Assembly (NCBI RefSeq): GCF_009914755.1
Contig: NC_060947.1
DNA length: 64,000 nt
Strand: one strand, 5' to 3'
Source: the human T2T-CHM13v2.0 reference genome, Homo sapiens
Shown here: piece after piece, positions 1 through 11,083 of the stretch
Numbering within the stretch: position 1 is the stretch's first letter
How the letters are laid out: each line of letters starts with the position of its first letter
Notes under the pieces: generated by a model
The model's database searches: none
What the model was told of the DNA's origin: nothing
The model's input: only the letters and a program-made list of their open reading frames with translations
Made by a program: the position numbers and the translations under genes

Positions 1-175
1 TTGCCATAGGTTCAGGATTAAGGAAAGAAGGGGGAACACCTTCTTATTCCCTTCTTTCCTATGGTATCTCTTCACAAATGGGTAATTGCACCACTATAAA
101 ACAATATGGGACCAAGCTTTGGGGTACCTGGTAAGCACTGGTTCATTCTGGAACCCCTAAAATAGATGAGAGACA

Positions 176-340
176 CCCTATTCACTCTGGTCTGTCATAA
201 CTGCAGGAAAAATGAATAAATGAAAAAATGCCCTATTCACTCCAGTCTGCCATAAGTACATGAAAAATGGATAAATGACGGAAGGTCCTATTCACTTAGA
301 CCTGCTATAAGTTCAGAAAAAAGTAAGAAAACTACAGGGG
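176..340 (+). repeat. 3 x 55 bp degenerate tandem repeat in the proviral leader
   Basis: Units starting (c/t)cctattcact at 176, 231 and 286 give an exact 55 bp period. Confidence 0.85.
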
Positions 341-377
341 ATGTCTTCTTTATTCCTTCTCTGTTCTCTTTTTGCAG

Positions 378-3300
378 ATGAGTAATTACATCTCCATAAC
401 ACAAGGCACACCCCTGGTATACATCCTCAAGAACTGGTAAAATTTAAAACCTTAAAAGGAAAAGGCAAATATTTTTTGTAACAGCCTGTGTTCAACGCAA
501 GCTCTGGGACCAGGAATCTTAGTTTGGAGAATGGAAGCATAAATTTTAATATGATCCATTGCTATGGTTTTGCTGTGTCTCCACCTAAATCTCACCTTGA
601 ATTGTAATAATCTCCACATGTCAAGGCTTGGGCCAGGTGGAGATAATTGAAACATAGGGGCAGTTTCCCCCACACTCTTCTCATGGTACTGAATAAGTCT
701 CACAAGATCTGAGTTCCCCTGAACAAGCTCTCTTGTCTGCTGCCATCTAAGATGTGACTTTGTTCCTCATTCACCTTCTGCCATGATTGTAAGGCCTCCC
801 CAGGAATGTGAAACTGTGAGTAAATTAAACCTCTTTTCTTTATAAATTACCCAGGCTTTATTAGCATCATGAGAACAGACTAATACAGTACACTGGTACT
901 GGGCATGGGGAACTGTTATAAAGGTACCCAAAAATGTAGAAACAACTTTGGAACTGGGTGACAGGCAGAGGGTGGAACAGTTTGGAGGGCTCAGAAGACA
1001 GGAAAATGTGATAAAGTTTGGAACTTCCTAGTGACTTGTGGTAGGCTTTGACCAAAATCTTGATAGTGATATAGACAATAAAATCCAGGCTGAGGTGGTC
1101 TCAGATGGAAATAAAGAATATTGGGAACTGAAATAAAGGTCACTCTTGGTATGCAGAGACTGGAGGCATTTTTTCCCTGCCCTAGAGATCTCTGGAACTT
1201 TGAATTTGAGAGAAGTAATTTAGGGCACTGGTGGAAGAAATTTCTAAGCTGCAATGTGTTCAAGAGGAAGAGAGCATATAAGTTTGAAAAATTTGCAGCC
1301 TGACAATGCAGTCAAAAAGAAAAGCCAATTTTCTTGGGAGAAATTCAGGCCAGCAATAGAAATTTGCATAAGTAATGTGAAGACAAATGCTAATCGCCAA
1401 GACAGTGGGAAAAATGTCTCTAGGGCATGTCAGAGATTTTCATGGCAGCAGCGGTTCCCATCACAGGCATAGATGCTTAGGAAAGAAAAAATGGTTTACT
1501 GGGCTGGGTCCAGGGCCCCCCTACTGTGGGCAGCCTCAAGACTTGGTGCCCTGCAACCCAGCCAGTTCAGCTATGGCTAAGGTACAGGTCAGGCTGTAGC
1601 TTCAGAGGGTTCAAGCTCCAATCCTTGGCAACTTTCATGTGGCGTTGAGGGTGTGGGTGCAAGAATTGAGGTTTAGGAACCTCTGCTTAGATTTCAGAGG
1701 ATCTATGTAAATGCCTGGAAGCAGAGGTGTGCTGCAGGGGCAGGACCCTCATGGAGAACCTCTGCTAGGCAGTACAGAAGGTAAAGGTGGGGTGGAAGGC
1801 CCCACACAGAGTCCCCACTGGGGCACTGCCTAGTGGAGCTGTGAAAAGAGGACTACTATCTTCCAGATCCCAGAATGGTAGATTCATTGACAGCTTGCAC
1901 CATGCACCTGGAAAAGCCACAGACACTCAACATCAGCCCATGAAGTCAGCCAGGAGGAGGGCCATACCCTGCAAAGCCACAGAGATGGAACTGCCTAAGA
2001 CCATGGGAACCCACCTCTTACATCAGCATGACCTAGATGTGAAACATGGAGTCAAAGGAGATCATTTCAGAGCTTTAAGATTTGACTGCCATGCTGGATT
2101 TCAGACTTGCAAGGGACTTGTAGCGCCTGAATTTTGGCCAATTTCTCCCATTTGGAATGGGTCTATTTACCCAATACCTCTATGCCCATTTCATCTAGGA
2201 AGTTACTAACTTGCTTTTTATTTTACAAGCTCATAAGTGGAAGGGACTTGCCTCACCTCAGATGAGACTTTAGGCTGTGGAATTTTGAGTTAATGCTGAA
2301 ATGAGGTAAGACTTTGGGAGACTGTTGGGAAGGCATATTCGTTTTGAAATTTGAAGATATGAAATTTGGGAGGGGCCAGGGGCAAAATGATATGCTTGTG
2401 AGGCCTCTCCAGCCACGTGGAACTGTGAGTAAATTAAACCTCTTTTCTTTATAAATTACCCAGTCTCAGGTATGTCTTTATCAGCAGTGTGAGAATAGAC
2501 TAATACATTCACCAACTAGATTCGTTTTGCTGCCAGCAGGGAAAATGAACAGAAATTTCCTATGTACAGGCTTTTATGGCCGTAAGAAACAACCATGACA
2601 TTTGTCAGGCTTGTAAAATGGATCCATTGATGATAGCAGCCATAGTCAGGCAGCTCTCTCTGGTTTGTTTGGAAGACCCCTCATCAAGTTTACCCAGGGC
2701 TCAAGCCCGGAAGGAATGAAGGGTGGCATTTATTTCAAGCCCCATTACCCCTTCTACTCCATTATATCCAAGTCCCCTAGTCTTTGAGCCTTTTCCTTAC
2801 ACCCAGGACAATTCTCTAGACACCATCTCCTTAAGTTATTCCCCCATCCAGAGATTAGTAGCCCCAGGAAACCCACTAGAGCCAAGACACCATTCACTAT
2901 GCAGGAATTGTGCCAAATCAAAACAGAACTAGGGAAGTTTATGAAGGACGCTGACAGATACATTGAAGGATTCTGTAAACTGGGCTTAACATCTACATCA
3001 CCTGGAGAGAACTCACAGTCATATTAGAGACTACTGTCTAAGGGAGAACATGACTCCATTATGGAGGCAGCCCAGCAGTTTGCAAATGACCGACCCTGGT
3101 ACCTTCCCTGTGGAAGCCACTGCACTTCCCCCGGTTGACCCCAATTAGGATTATAATATCCAGAGGTGGTATATGGGAAAGAAACCACATGTTTCTCTGT
3201 TAGAAGGAATAAAAGTTAGCAGAAAAAAAAGCCTGTAAACTATAATAAATAGACCAAGATACTCTTGAAAACACCACTTTCCTAGAAAGGTTACAAGAGG

Positions 3301-3780
3301 CTCTAGTAAGATATATTAACTTAGACCCAGACTCACTAGAAGGACAATTGATCTTAAAGGACCATTTCCTAATTCAGGCTGCTACAGATATTAAGAGAAA
3401 ATTCCAAAAACTAGCACTAGGCCTCAACACTCCTATGCCTGGCATCCTTAAAGAAACTCCCTTGGTCTTTTCCAACTGCAACCAGGAGAAGTAGGAAAGG
3501 GCTCAGGAAAAGGAGCAGATAAAAGAAAAAGCAATAGCTCAACTACTGGCTGACTGCATACCCATCAGCCACCTATGGCAGACCCCAGGCAGATCCCTTT
3601 GCCTAAATGTTACCTCTGCAGGAAGCCAGGCCACATAAGAGTCCCTGAACAAATGGAAATCACCAAGTACTCCATGCCCCAATTGTCACAAGCTCAATCA
3701 TTGGCAATGGGACTGCCCTGAGAGCCAAAGGGCCTCCTAGACATAATTCCCTCCCCTGATGGCCTTGAGCTCCTTGAGCT
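378..3780 (+). pseudogene. ERV gag pseudogene, split by THE1 (378-559 plus 2513 to about 3780)
   Basis: MSNYISITQGTPLVYILKNW* from ATG 378. MA resumes as QLDSFC after the THE1 insertion. Capsid-like sequence at about 2900-3500. A degenerate CYLCRKPGH knuckle at 3608 and an intact CX2CX4HX4C (CPNCHKLNHWQWDC) at 3675-3716. Confidence 0.85.
560..2507 (+). mobile_element. THE1 (MaLR) element: 5' LTR 560-887, internal 888-2387, internally deleted 3' LTR 2388-2507
   Basis: LTR termini tgctatggttt/tgatatg ... gactaataca. Polypurine tract gggaggggccaggggcaaaa precedes 2388. Degenerate 5 bp TSD TCCAT (555-559) / TTCAC (2508-2512). ORF 1787-2209 is a remnant of the THE1 internal ORF. Confidence 0.93.
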
Positions 3781-6700
3781 AAAGGAGCTCTATGCTCTGT
3801 TTGGCTCCCTGATTAAACATTGCTACTGAAGGAGCCAAGGGCTGCTTCAGACATGGCAGGTAATACTATAAGTTTTCTTTTGGATATGGGAGCTGTATAC
3901 TCAGTGGTTACTTCTATCCCAGGGGTTTATCCCCCAAATCTTGCTAGGTAATGGGGGTAAATGGAGTGCCCATAACCTGGAGATTTACCCCTTCCTCTGT
4001 GCTGCTTGTGGAGAGAAACTGTCTTTTCTTGTTTATTTTTAGTAATGCCAGAATGTCCTATGATCTTTTTGGGTAGAGATATTTTATTCAGACTAGGGCC
4101 TCAGCCTTTTCTCCAGGGCTAACAACACCCCCTTTTTAAAATATAATTTTATTCTTTAGGGAAACCACAAATAATGATGAACTGCCAACAAGCATTCCCA
4201 TTAATCCAGAGATCTGGGCCTCAGCAATACCAGGAAAGGCCATAACAGCAATGTCTATACTAATTCAGTCCAAGAATCCTTCTAGCTGTCTTTGTAAGAG
4301 GCAGTCCCCTCTTCAGCTGGAGACTAGAGGGACATTTTCTCCTGGTTAAAACATTTCTAAAATATGGACTATTAATATCCTGTAACTCACCCTGTAACAT
4401 CCTTATCTTACCTGTTAAAAAGATCAATGGTGAATACAGGCTAGTCCAGGACCTGTGGATCATAAATGAGGCTGTAGTCCTTATACACCCAATAGTCTTC
4501 AACCCATGCATAATTCTAGGAAAAGTAGCTCCAGATGATCAGTGGTTTTCAATCTAAACCCTCAAAGACACTTTCTTTTGTGTTCCCCTAGACCCATCCT
4601 CCAGATTTCTATTTACATTTGAGTGGGAGAATGAAGAAGGAAGGAGTCAACAGCTCACCTGGACAGTGATTCCACAAGGTTTCAGAGATAGTCCCCATTT
4701 GTTTGAGAATCACTTGGCTAAAGATTTGTAGAATCTAACTCTTAAGTGGGGAGGGCATTATCTAGTATGTGGATGACCTGTTAATCTGCTGTCACACAAA
4801 AAAGTTGGGAATCCAACATCTAGTCAAGACACTAAATTTCTTCACATATAGAGGATACAATGTGTCCAATGCCAAAGCACAGCTAGTAACACAAGAGAAG
4901 AGGTCCAATACCAGGGAATAATACTCACCGCTGGAGAACATAAGCTCTCCCCTAAACAGACACGGGCCACCCTTAGAATACCTAACCCAACCATCCAAAA
5001 GCAACTTCAGGCCTCTCTGGGGATCACAAAATGTTAGACTTTGAATACTGGAGTATGGTGAAATTGTTAAATCCTTTTATCAGGCTCTAAAAGAAAGAAT
5101 TGATAAGGACCCACTGGCTTGGGAAATGATCAGGAACAAGCCTTCAGGCCGGTAAAAACTGCCCTGTAACAAGCCCCAGCCCTTGGGCTACACATACTAG
5201 CCAAATTGTTTCAGCTTTGTATCACTAATATGCATGGCGTAACTCTAGGAGTTCTAGCTCAAACCATCAAGCAAGCAAATATCCTGTCGATTACTTTTCA
5301 AAGACCTTAGACTATTAGTACCTCAAAATTGCCATGGAACAATCAATCCAGGTCCTGAAATCACACCAAATAGGACCCCTATTGAACATAAAAGGGTCTG
5401 AATGGCTCACTGACAACAGACTGCTGAAGTACCAAGTGTTGTTGTTAGAAAACCCACAGGTAACAATTGAGCAGTGTTTCACCCTTAACCCAGCCTCCTT
5501 ACTACCACTACCAGGAGACAATAACTCAACACATTTGTTTTGTGAGATACTTAACCAAATTTATGCCAACCAGAAAGACTTAAAAGATCAACTCCTAGAT
5601 AATCTGGAGAAAATATGGTTGTCATATGGGAGTAGCTTTGTCAAAAATGGAACTAGCTATACAGGGTACATTATAATGTCTCTTCACCAAGTTATAGAAG
5701 CTAAAGCTCTGTCCTTGGGACCTCAGCATAAGTAGCCAAACTTACTGCACTAACCAGAACCCTAAAACTAGGGAAAAGAAAAAAAAACATGTATACAGAT
5801 TCCAAATATGCCTTTCTGGTGCTTCACAACCATGTGGCTGTCTAAAAGAAAAGGGTGCACCTAACAGCTCAGGATACACTTATTAAGTGTGGACCTCAAA
5901 TCTTAGAGATACTAGAAGGCTGTTCATTTGCCTCAGGAGGTGACAAATGTGCACTACAAGAGACACCAGAGGAGCTCTGATGAAATTCCATGGAGAAATA
6001 GTTTAGCCAACCAAAATGCTAAAGAGGCAGTTGTCTCAGAAGTTACATTCATGGGGTACTTTCTCCCCTCTCTCCCCGGTGAACTACCTCCTCTCTAATA
6101 CACTAAGGAAGAAATCAATTGGGCCACAAAACATGGGTATCAAAAAAAAAAAAAAAAGAAAAAGAAAAACAATGAATGGTTTAGGTTGGGAGAACTTCTC
6201 CATCTACCTAAAGCCTCCCAATGGAAAGTCATCAAAAGTTTACACAACTTCTGCCACTTTAGAAAGGACAGTGTAGGGCAAACGGGTGCTCAGTGGGAAG
6301 GGACTAAACAAAACTATTCAACAGGTTTATCGAGCCTGCACCCTGTGCAACATAAATAATCCCCAGAGAGGTAATCCCACTCCATCATATGTCTAATCCA
6401 AAGGAGAGATGCATACAATGGGGTGAAATGGCAGATGAACTTCACTCAGCTTCCCACACGCTTCAGGTACAAGTACCACTTGGTCTGTGTAGACTTCTTC
6501 ACAGAATGGTTAGAAGCCTGCCCAACAATGACTAAAAAGGCACAGAAGGTAACTGAATTCCTCCTAAAAGAACTCATTCCCAGGTTTTGGATTCCCATGT
6601 CATTGCAAAGCAACAATGGCCCATCCTTAATTTTCCAAGTGACTCAACAAGTTAACAGTGTCCTAGGCATAAAGTGGTTCCTTCACTCTGCCTGGAGATG

Positions 6701-7294
6701 ATACTCTTCAGAAAAAGTGAAAAGAATTAACCAAACCCTAAAACACATCCTCAGTAAACTCTGCAGGAAATGGCACAGTCATGGGTGGACCACTTACCTT
6801 TAGCCCTCCTTCAGATCTGTGTTGCCCCTAAGGCTACCTTGAAATTAAGTGCCTTTGAGGCCTTATATGGTAGGCCATTTCTATATTACAACTTATAACT
6901 AGATAGAGAAACTGCCAAAATCACCCTGTATGTCTCTTGTTAAAGAGACTTCCAGCAGGCTTTCTGGCTATATGGGTTACAAACAAACCCAAAATTAAAA
7001 GGGGAAAACTCCCCACCTCTATATCCCCCAGGATTACTAGTTCTCATTAAAGGTTTAAAGGATAAAACCCCAAATTCCCAACTAACTCCGGCCTGGAAGG
7101 ACCCCTTTGCTTTTCTATTATCTACCCTCACAGCCATTAAAGTACCAGAGATTGCCAGCTGAATTCGTGACACCCAAGTGAAGCTGTGAAAAAGCCTTGA
7201 AACACTAGAGCTGGAACCAAAAACCTCATCTCCAGAATACATTTGCAAAGCACTGGAAGATCTGAAATTCCTTTTTAAGTGAAAAGATAAGTAA
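3781..7294 (+). pseudogene. ERV pro-pol pseudogene (protease, RT, RNase H, integrase)
   Basis: FLLDMGAVYSV (3874), LPVKKINGEYRLVQDL, WTVIPQGFRDSPHLF, YVDDLL (4766), TLNPASLLP tether (ORF 5334-5735), and integrase WQMNFTQLP...SLQSNNGP...HSAWR (6423-6701). The catalytic Asp residues of protease context and integrase are partly mutated and the frame is broken. Confidence 0.9.
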
Positions 7295-7465
7295 TGTCTC
7301 CCCCAGCATCCTTGCACCTCAAAGTAAGGTAATCCCAATATTAGTAATTTTACTCATTATTGCTCTAATTTCATTATTTTAACCTGAATTTGTATACCAG
7401 CAGGAGTTGCAATGTCATCTTGCTTTCTGATCAATTTATCTCTTTCATAATCACCTTAACTTGCC

Positions 7466-9173
7466 ATGGACCCACTCGTGCTGGTTCTCATTTTCACCTA
7501 TTTACTAGCAGTGCACTACCATCCTAATTTTCCTTTATTGGAGAAAGCTCAGAAATTTCTCTGAAGCTTAGGATCCCCTTACTCTACCAATTACTCATCC
7601 AAAGATTGGACAAGCATAGAGGCAGAATTGCATATTTTCTATCAATGGGACCCTAATCTAAATGAAATAAGCCTACACATAGCCTTCTTACAAAAGTAAA
7701 GCAAAATTTTACTGATATCTACAAAGAGACTCCAATTTTTGACCCATCTTTACTAATATTGCTTTAAGGGGAATAGCCACTATTTGTGTTATGACCAAGG
7801 AATAAAATGGAATGAATGTAGGCACTCTTGTAAGTACAGTTTGTAAATAATATTACTTTCACTGTAGATCCTAACCAGCAGTCTTACCAAGTATACACCC
7901 ACTACCAATTCTGCCATCAAATAAGATTTTCCAAACATCCAAATATTACTTTTCCTCAGGAAACTTTACTAGATAAATCAACCAAGTTTTGCCAGGGACA
8001 CCTAAGCTCATGCTGTGCTCAAAATTTCTGGTTCCAGCCTGCTGATTACACCCAGTGTCTGCAAATTGCCAACCTCAGCTTTACAGCAGAATGGACTCTA
8101 TTGGACCACACTAAAATTTCTCTATTTGGGGAGAATAAAAACAAGAGAGCTAACCAGAGCCAAACACCATACACACAAGTCTTCACAGGCATGACTACAG
8201 CCACGAGCTACCCAGCCATGTTGGCAAACTAGGGATTTTATGGAACTATACTCAGGCCCTTATTTTGTTTTGACATCTCGACTTGTCTTGAAACCCAAGG
8301 AGTCTTTTATATTTGCGGCCAATCTGTTCTCCAATACCTCCCCAATAACTTGACTGAAACTTGTACCCTAGGCTATGTATCCCCAGATATCTTCATAGTC
8401 CCTGACAATCTCTCTCTTAACAATGCCAACCTACAAGTTTTCCACCCTGCCCAAGGTAACAAGGACTATCCAATTAATTCTCCTTTTTGTGAGACTAAAC
8501 ATTATAGCCACTAAAGAAACTGGAATTGCCAGAGTCAATAAAGCCTCTTTGTTTTATAGCCAAGTCCCAAATGAAATAGCCAATAACATTGACACCATGG
8601 CTAAAACCTTAACAGTCATGCAAAAACGAATCAACTCTAACAGCCATAGTCCTCCAAAATTTTCAAGGACTCAATATGTTAATGGCAGCACAGCGAGAAA
8701 TTTGTTTAGCCTTAGATGAAAAACGTTGCTTTTAGGTAAACAAATTGGGAAAAGTAAAAGATAACACTAAACATCTCATAAATCAAGCCTCTCATTTATG
8801 GAAACAAGCCTCTCATTTATGGAAACAAGCCTCTCAGTGTTGTTTAAACTGGGAAGAAACCTGGAAATGGTTCTACTGTGTTCTTTCCTCCTTAGACCCA
8901 CTTGTTAGTGTCCTACTTTTGCTCCTTTTTGGACCATGTCTTTGAAATATAATAACTCAATTTGTCTCTTCTCACCTTCAGGCCATCAAGCTCCAGGTAA
9001 TCCTCAGTGAGGAATACCATTTTCTCAACATTCAAGAGTCACACTTCTACAGAGAACCCCTAGGCTGTCCATCAGTGAGACACTACAAAGGCAAAATCCT
9101 GCCCCTATCTCTCTTGGATGTGGCTAGATATGATTTGCACCAACCCATGGAGCCATCCTGCCCTGGCAACTAG
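7466..9173 (+). pseudogene. env pseudogene, paralogue of syncytin-2 (ERVFRD-1-like)
   Basis: From ATG 7466 it reads MDPLVLVLIFTYLLAVHYHPNFPLLEKAQKFL*SLGSPYSTN..WTSIEAELHIFYQWDPNL. TM reads EIANNIDTMAKTLTVMQ, ISD LQNFQGLNMLMAAQREICLALDEKRCF (8652), LNWEETWKWF, LLLLLFGPCL, SSHLQAIKLQ, NIQESHF. These segments are colinear with syncytin-2 as I recall it. Stops at 7562, 8943 and elsewhere, plus frameshifts. Confidence 0.9.
8784..8836 (+). repeat. 21 bp in-frame tandem duplication in env TM (QASHLWK x2)
   Basis: caagcctctcatttatggaaa at 8784 and 8805, with a partial copy at 8826. Confidence 0.95.
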
Positions 9174-9228
9174 CAAGAGGCCAGGGCCCACAGAACAACT
9201 ACCACCACCCGCCTTTCAGCAGGAAACA

Positions 9229-9435
9229 GTAGTCTTTTCCTACTGGGGCAACAGCTGGCACATACGTATGCAAGCTTCCAGCTTGCTTATTTATATTTGC
9301 ACCTTGGTTTTTACAGGCTTCTCTTTGTTAGAAAAGAAATGATTTGGGGGCTGCTTTTTGTTAAAAAGGAAGCCTTACCAAGGACTTTTTACCCTCACTA
9401 ATTGCCTAAATAATTTCTTTTTAGTTCTTCTATCA
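9229..9435 (-). mobile_element. 5' (U3) fragment of an ERV1 LTR (MER61/LTR25-like), same family as 20303-20937
   Basis: The minus strand begins tgatagaagaactaaaaagaaattatttagg and is colinear with 20730-20937 (ctctttgttagaaaagaaa, ccaaggact, ttaccctcac). The family name is uncertain. Confidence 0.75.
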
Positions 9436-10051
9436 ATGAGATAAATAAAACAAACACACATAGACACCAGAGTACAACAGAACACTAAAGAGAAAGAGAA
9501 AGAGAAAAGATAAAAAGAAATCTTATTACGACAAAGGTTAGATTATTTACAGGGAGCAACAATAAGACTAGAATCAAAGGTTTTATTATTAATAATAGCT
9601 ATTAAATAAACTAAAGATGTTTTGAACATGCAAAGAGTATTTATTCATAGAGTGATGCTGAAGAATTACTACAAAATAAAATTTGAATCCAGGTAGAATG
9701 TGAACTATGCAAGAAGCAGTGGTAGGCAAAGAAATTGATCAATTGTAAAAAAAAGGAGCAATTTTTTAAATAAAATTAATTAAATGTGTAAAACAAGATA
9801 AAATTAAAATTCTGAAACAAAGAAGGTACCAGCAGATTACATTAATATTATAATTATTAATATTCTTATAAGGAAGTAGTGTAGATATTTATTTCATTTA
9901 TTTCAGAATGTATTAGCTCAAAAGTCAACATGAAAACAGAAAAAGTCAAACTGAAAACTGATAACTGTATTTTAAATGCATAGCTTTGCCTCATTGCTAG
10001 AGGAGTGGGGAAAAAAAGTTGTTAATCTAAGTAACTTTGAAATTCTCTTCA

Positions 10052-11083
10052 GATGGCAGCCAAGATGGCCGAATAGGAACAGCTGCAGTCTACAGCTCCC
10101 AGCATGAGTGACACAGAAGAAGGGTGATTTCTGCATTTCCATCTGAGGTACTGGGTTCATCTCACTAGGGAGTGCCAGACAGTGGGCACAGGACAGTGGG
10201 TGCAGCACACTGTGTGCAAGCCGAAGCAGGGTGAGGCATTGCCTCACTTGGGAAGTGCAAGGGGTCAGGGAGTTCCCTTTCCTAGTCAAAGAAAGGGGTG
10301 ACAGACAGCACCTGGAAAATCGGGTCACTCCCACCTGAAGACTGTGTTTTCCGATGGGCTTAAAAAATGGTGCACCAGGAGATTATATCCTGCACCTGGC
10401 TCAGAGGGTCCTATGCCCATGGAGTCTCGCTGATTGCTAGCACAGCAGTCTGAGATCAAACTGCAAGGCAGCAGCGAGGCTGGGGGAGGGGCGCCCACCA
10501 TTGCCCAGGCTTGTTTAGGTAAACAAAGCAGCCGGGAAGCTCGAACTGGGTGGAGCCCACCACAGCTCAGTGAGGCCTGCCTCCCTCTGTAGGCTCCACC
10601 TCTGGGGGCAGGGCACAGATTAAAAAAAAGACAGCAGTAACCTCTGCAGACTCAAATGTCACCGACAGCTTTGGAGAGAGCAGTGGTTCTCCCAGCACGC
10701 AGCTGGAGATCTGAGAATGGGCAGACTGCCTCCTCAAGTGGGTTCCTGACCCCTGACCCCAGAGCAGCCTAACTGGGAGGCACCCCCCAATAGGGGCAGA
10801 CTGACAACTCACACGGCCGGGTACTCCTCTGAGACAAAACTTCCAGAGGAACGATCAGACAGCAGCATTCACGGTTCATGAAAATCAGTTGTCCTGCAGC
10901 CACCGCTGCTGTTACCCAGGCAAACAGGGTCTGGAGTGGACCTCTAGCAAACTCCAACAGACCTGCAGCTGAGGGTACTGTCTATTAGAAGGAAAACTAA
11001 CAAACAGAAAGGACCTCCACACCAAAAACCCATCTGTACATCACCATCATCAAAGACCAAAAGTAAATAAAACCACAAAGATG
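10052..11083 (+). promoter_or_regulatory. L1 5'UTR sense/antisense promoter with intact YY1 motif and retained ZNF93-binding segment
   Basis: CAAGATGGCC at 10061-10070. The segment of about 128 bp (10824-10951) that is deleted in younger L1PA3 to L1HS is present. Many CpGs have decayed. Confidence 0.7.
10325..10501 (-). pseudogene. L1 ORF0-like antisense ORF (58 aa, frameshift-truncated)
   Basis: Hand translation: MVGAPPPASLLPCSLISDCCASNQRDSMGIGPSEPGAGYNLLVHHFLSPSENTVFRWE*. Confidence 0.65.

Larger units (their letters stand above)
1..9230 (+). mobile_element. Decayed ERV1 provirus internal region (leader-gag-pro-pol-env), HERV-FRD / MER50-int-like; 5' LTR outside the window, 3' LTR missing
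   Basis: Motifs occur in order: gag MA start at 378, NC zinc knuckles, protease FLLDMGA at 3874, RT YVDD at 4766-4777, RNase H, integrase (ORF 6423-6701), and env closely matching syncytin-2. Many stops and frameshifts. Confidence 0.9.

Noticed and set aside
176-340. CRISPR-like repeat-spacer array (also considered for 41415-41612 and 60564-61251)
   Set aside because: These are plain tandem repeats without unique spacers, in a primate retroelement context with no cas genes.
1787-2209. 140 aa ORF
   Set aside because: It is a remnant of the THE1 internal ORF with a non-ATG start.
7466-9173. A functional new syncytin gene
   Set aside because: There is a stop at codon 33 (7562), further stops and frameshifts, loss of CWLC, and degraded furin and CX6CC motifs.
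9436-10051. Possible ancient L1 ORF1 remnant
   Set aside because: The sequence is A-rich with only faint similarity, too weak to call.
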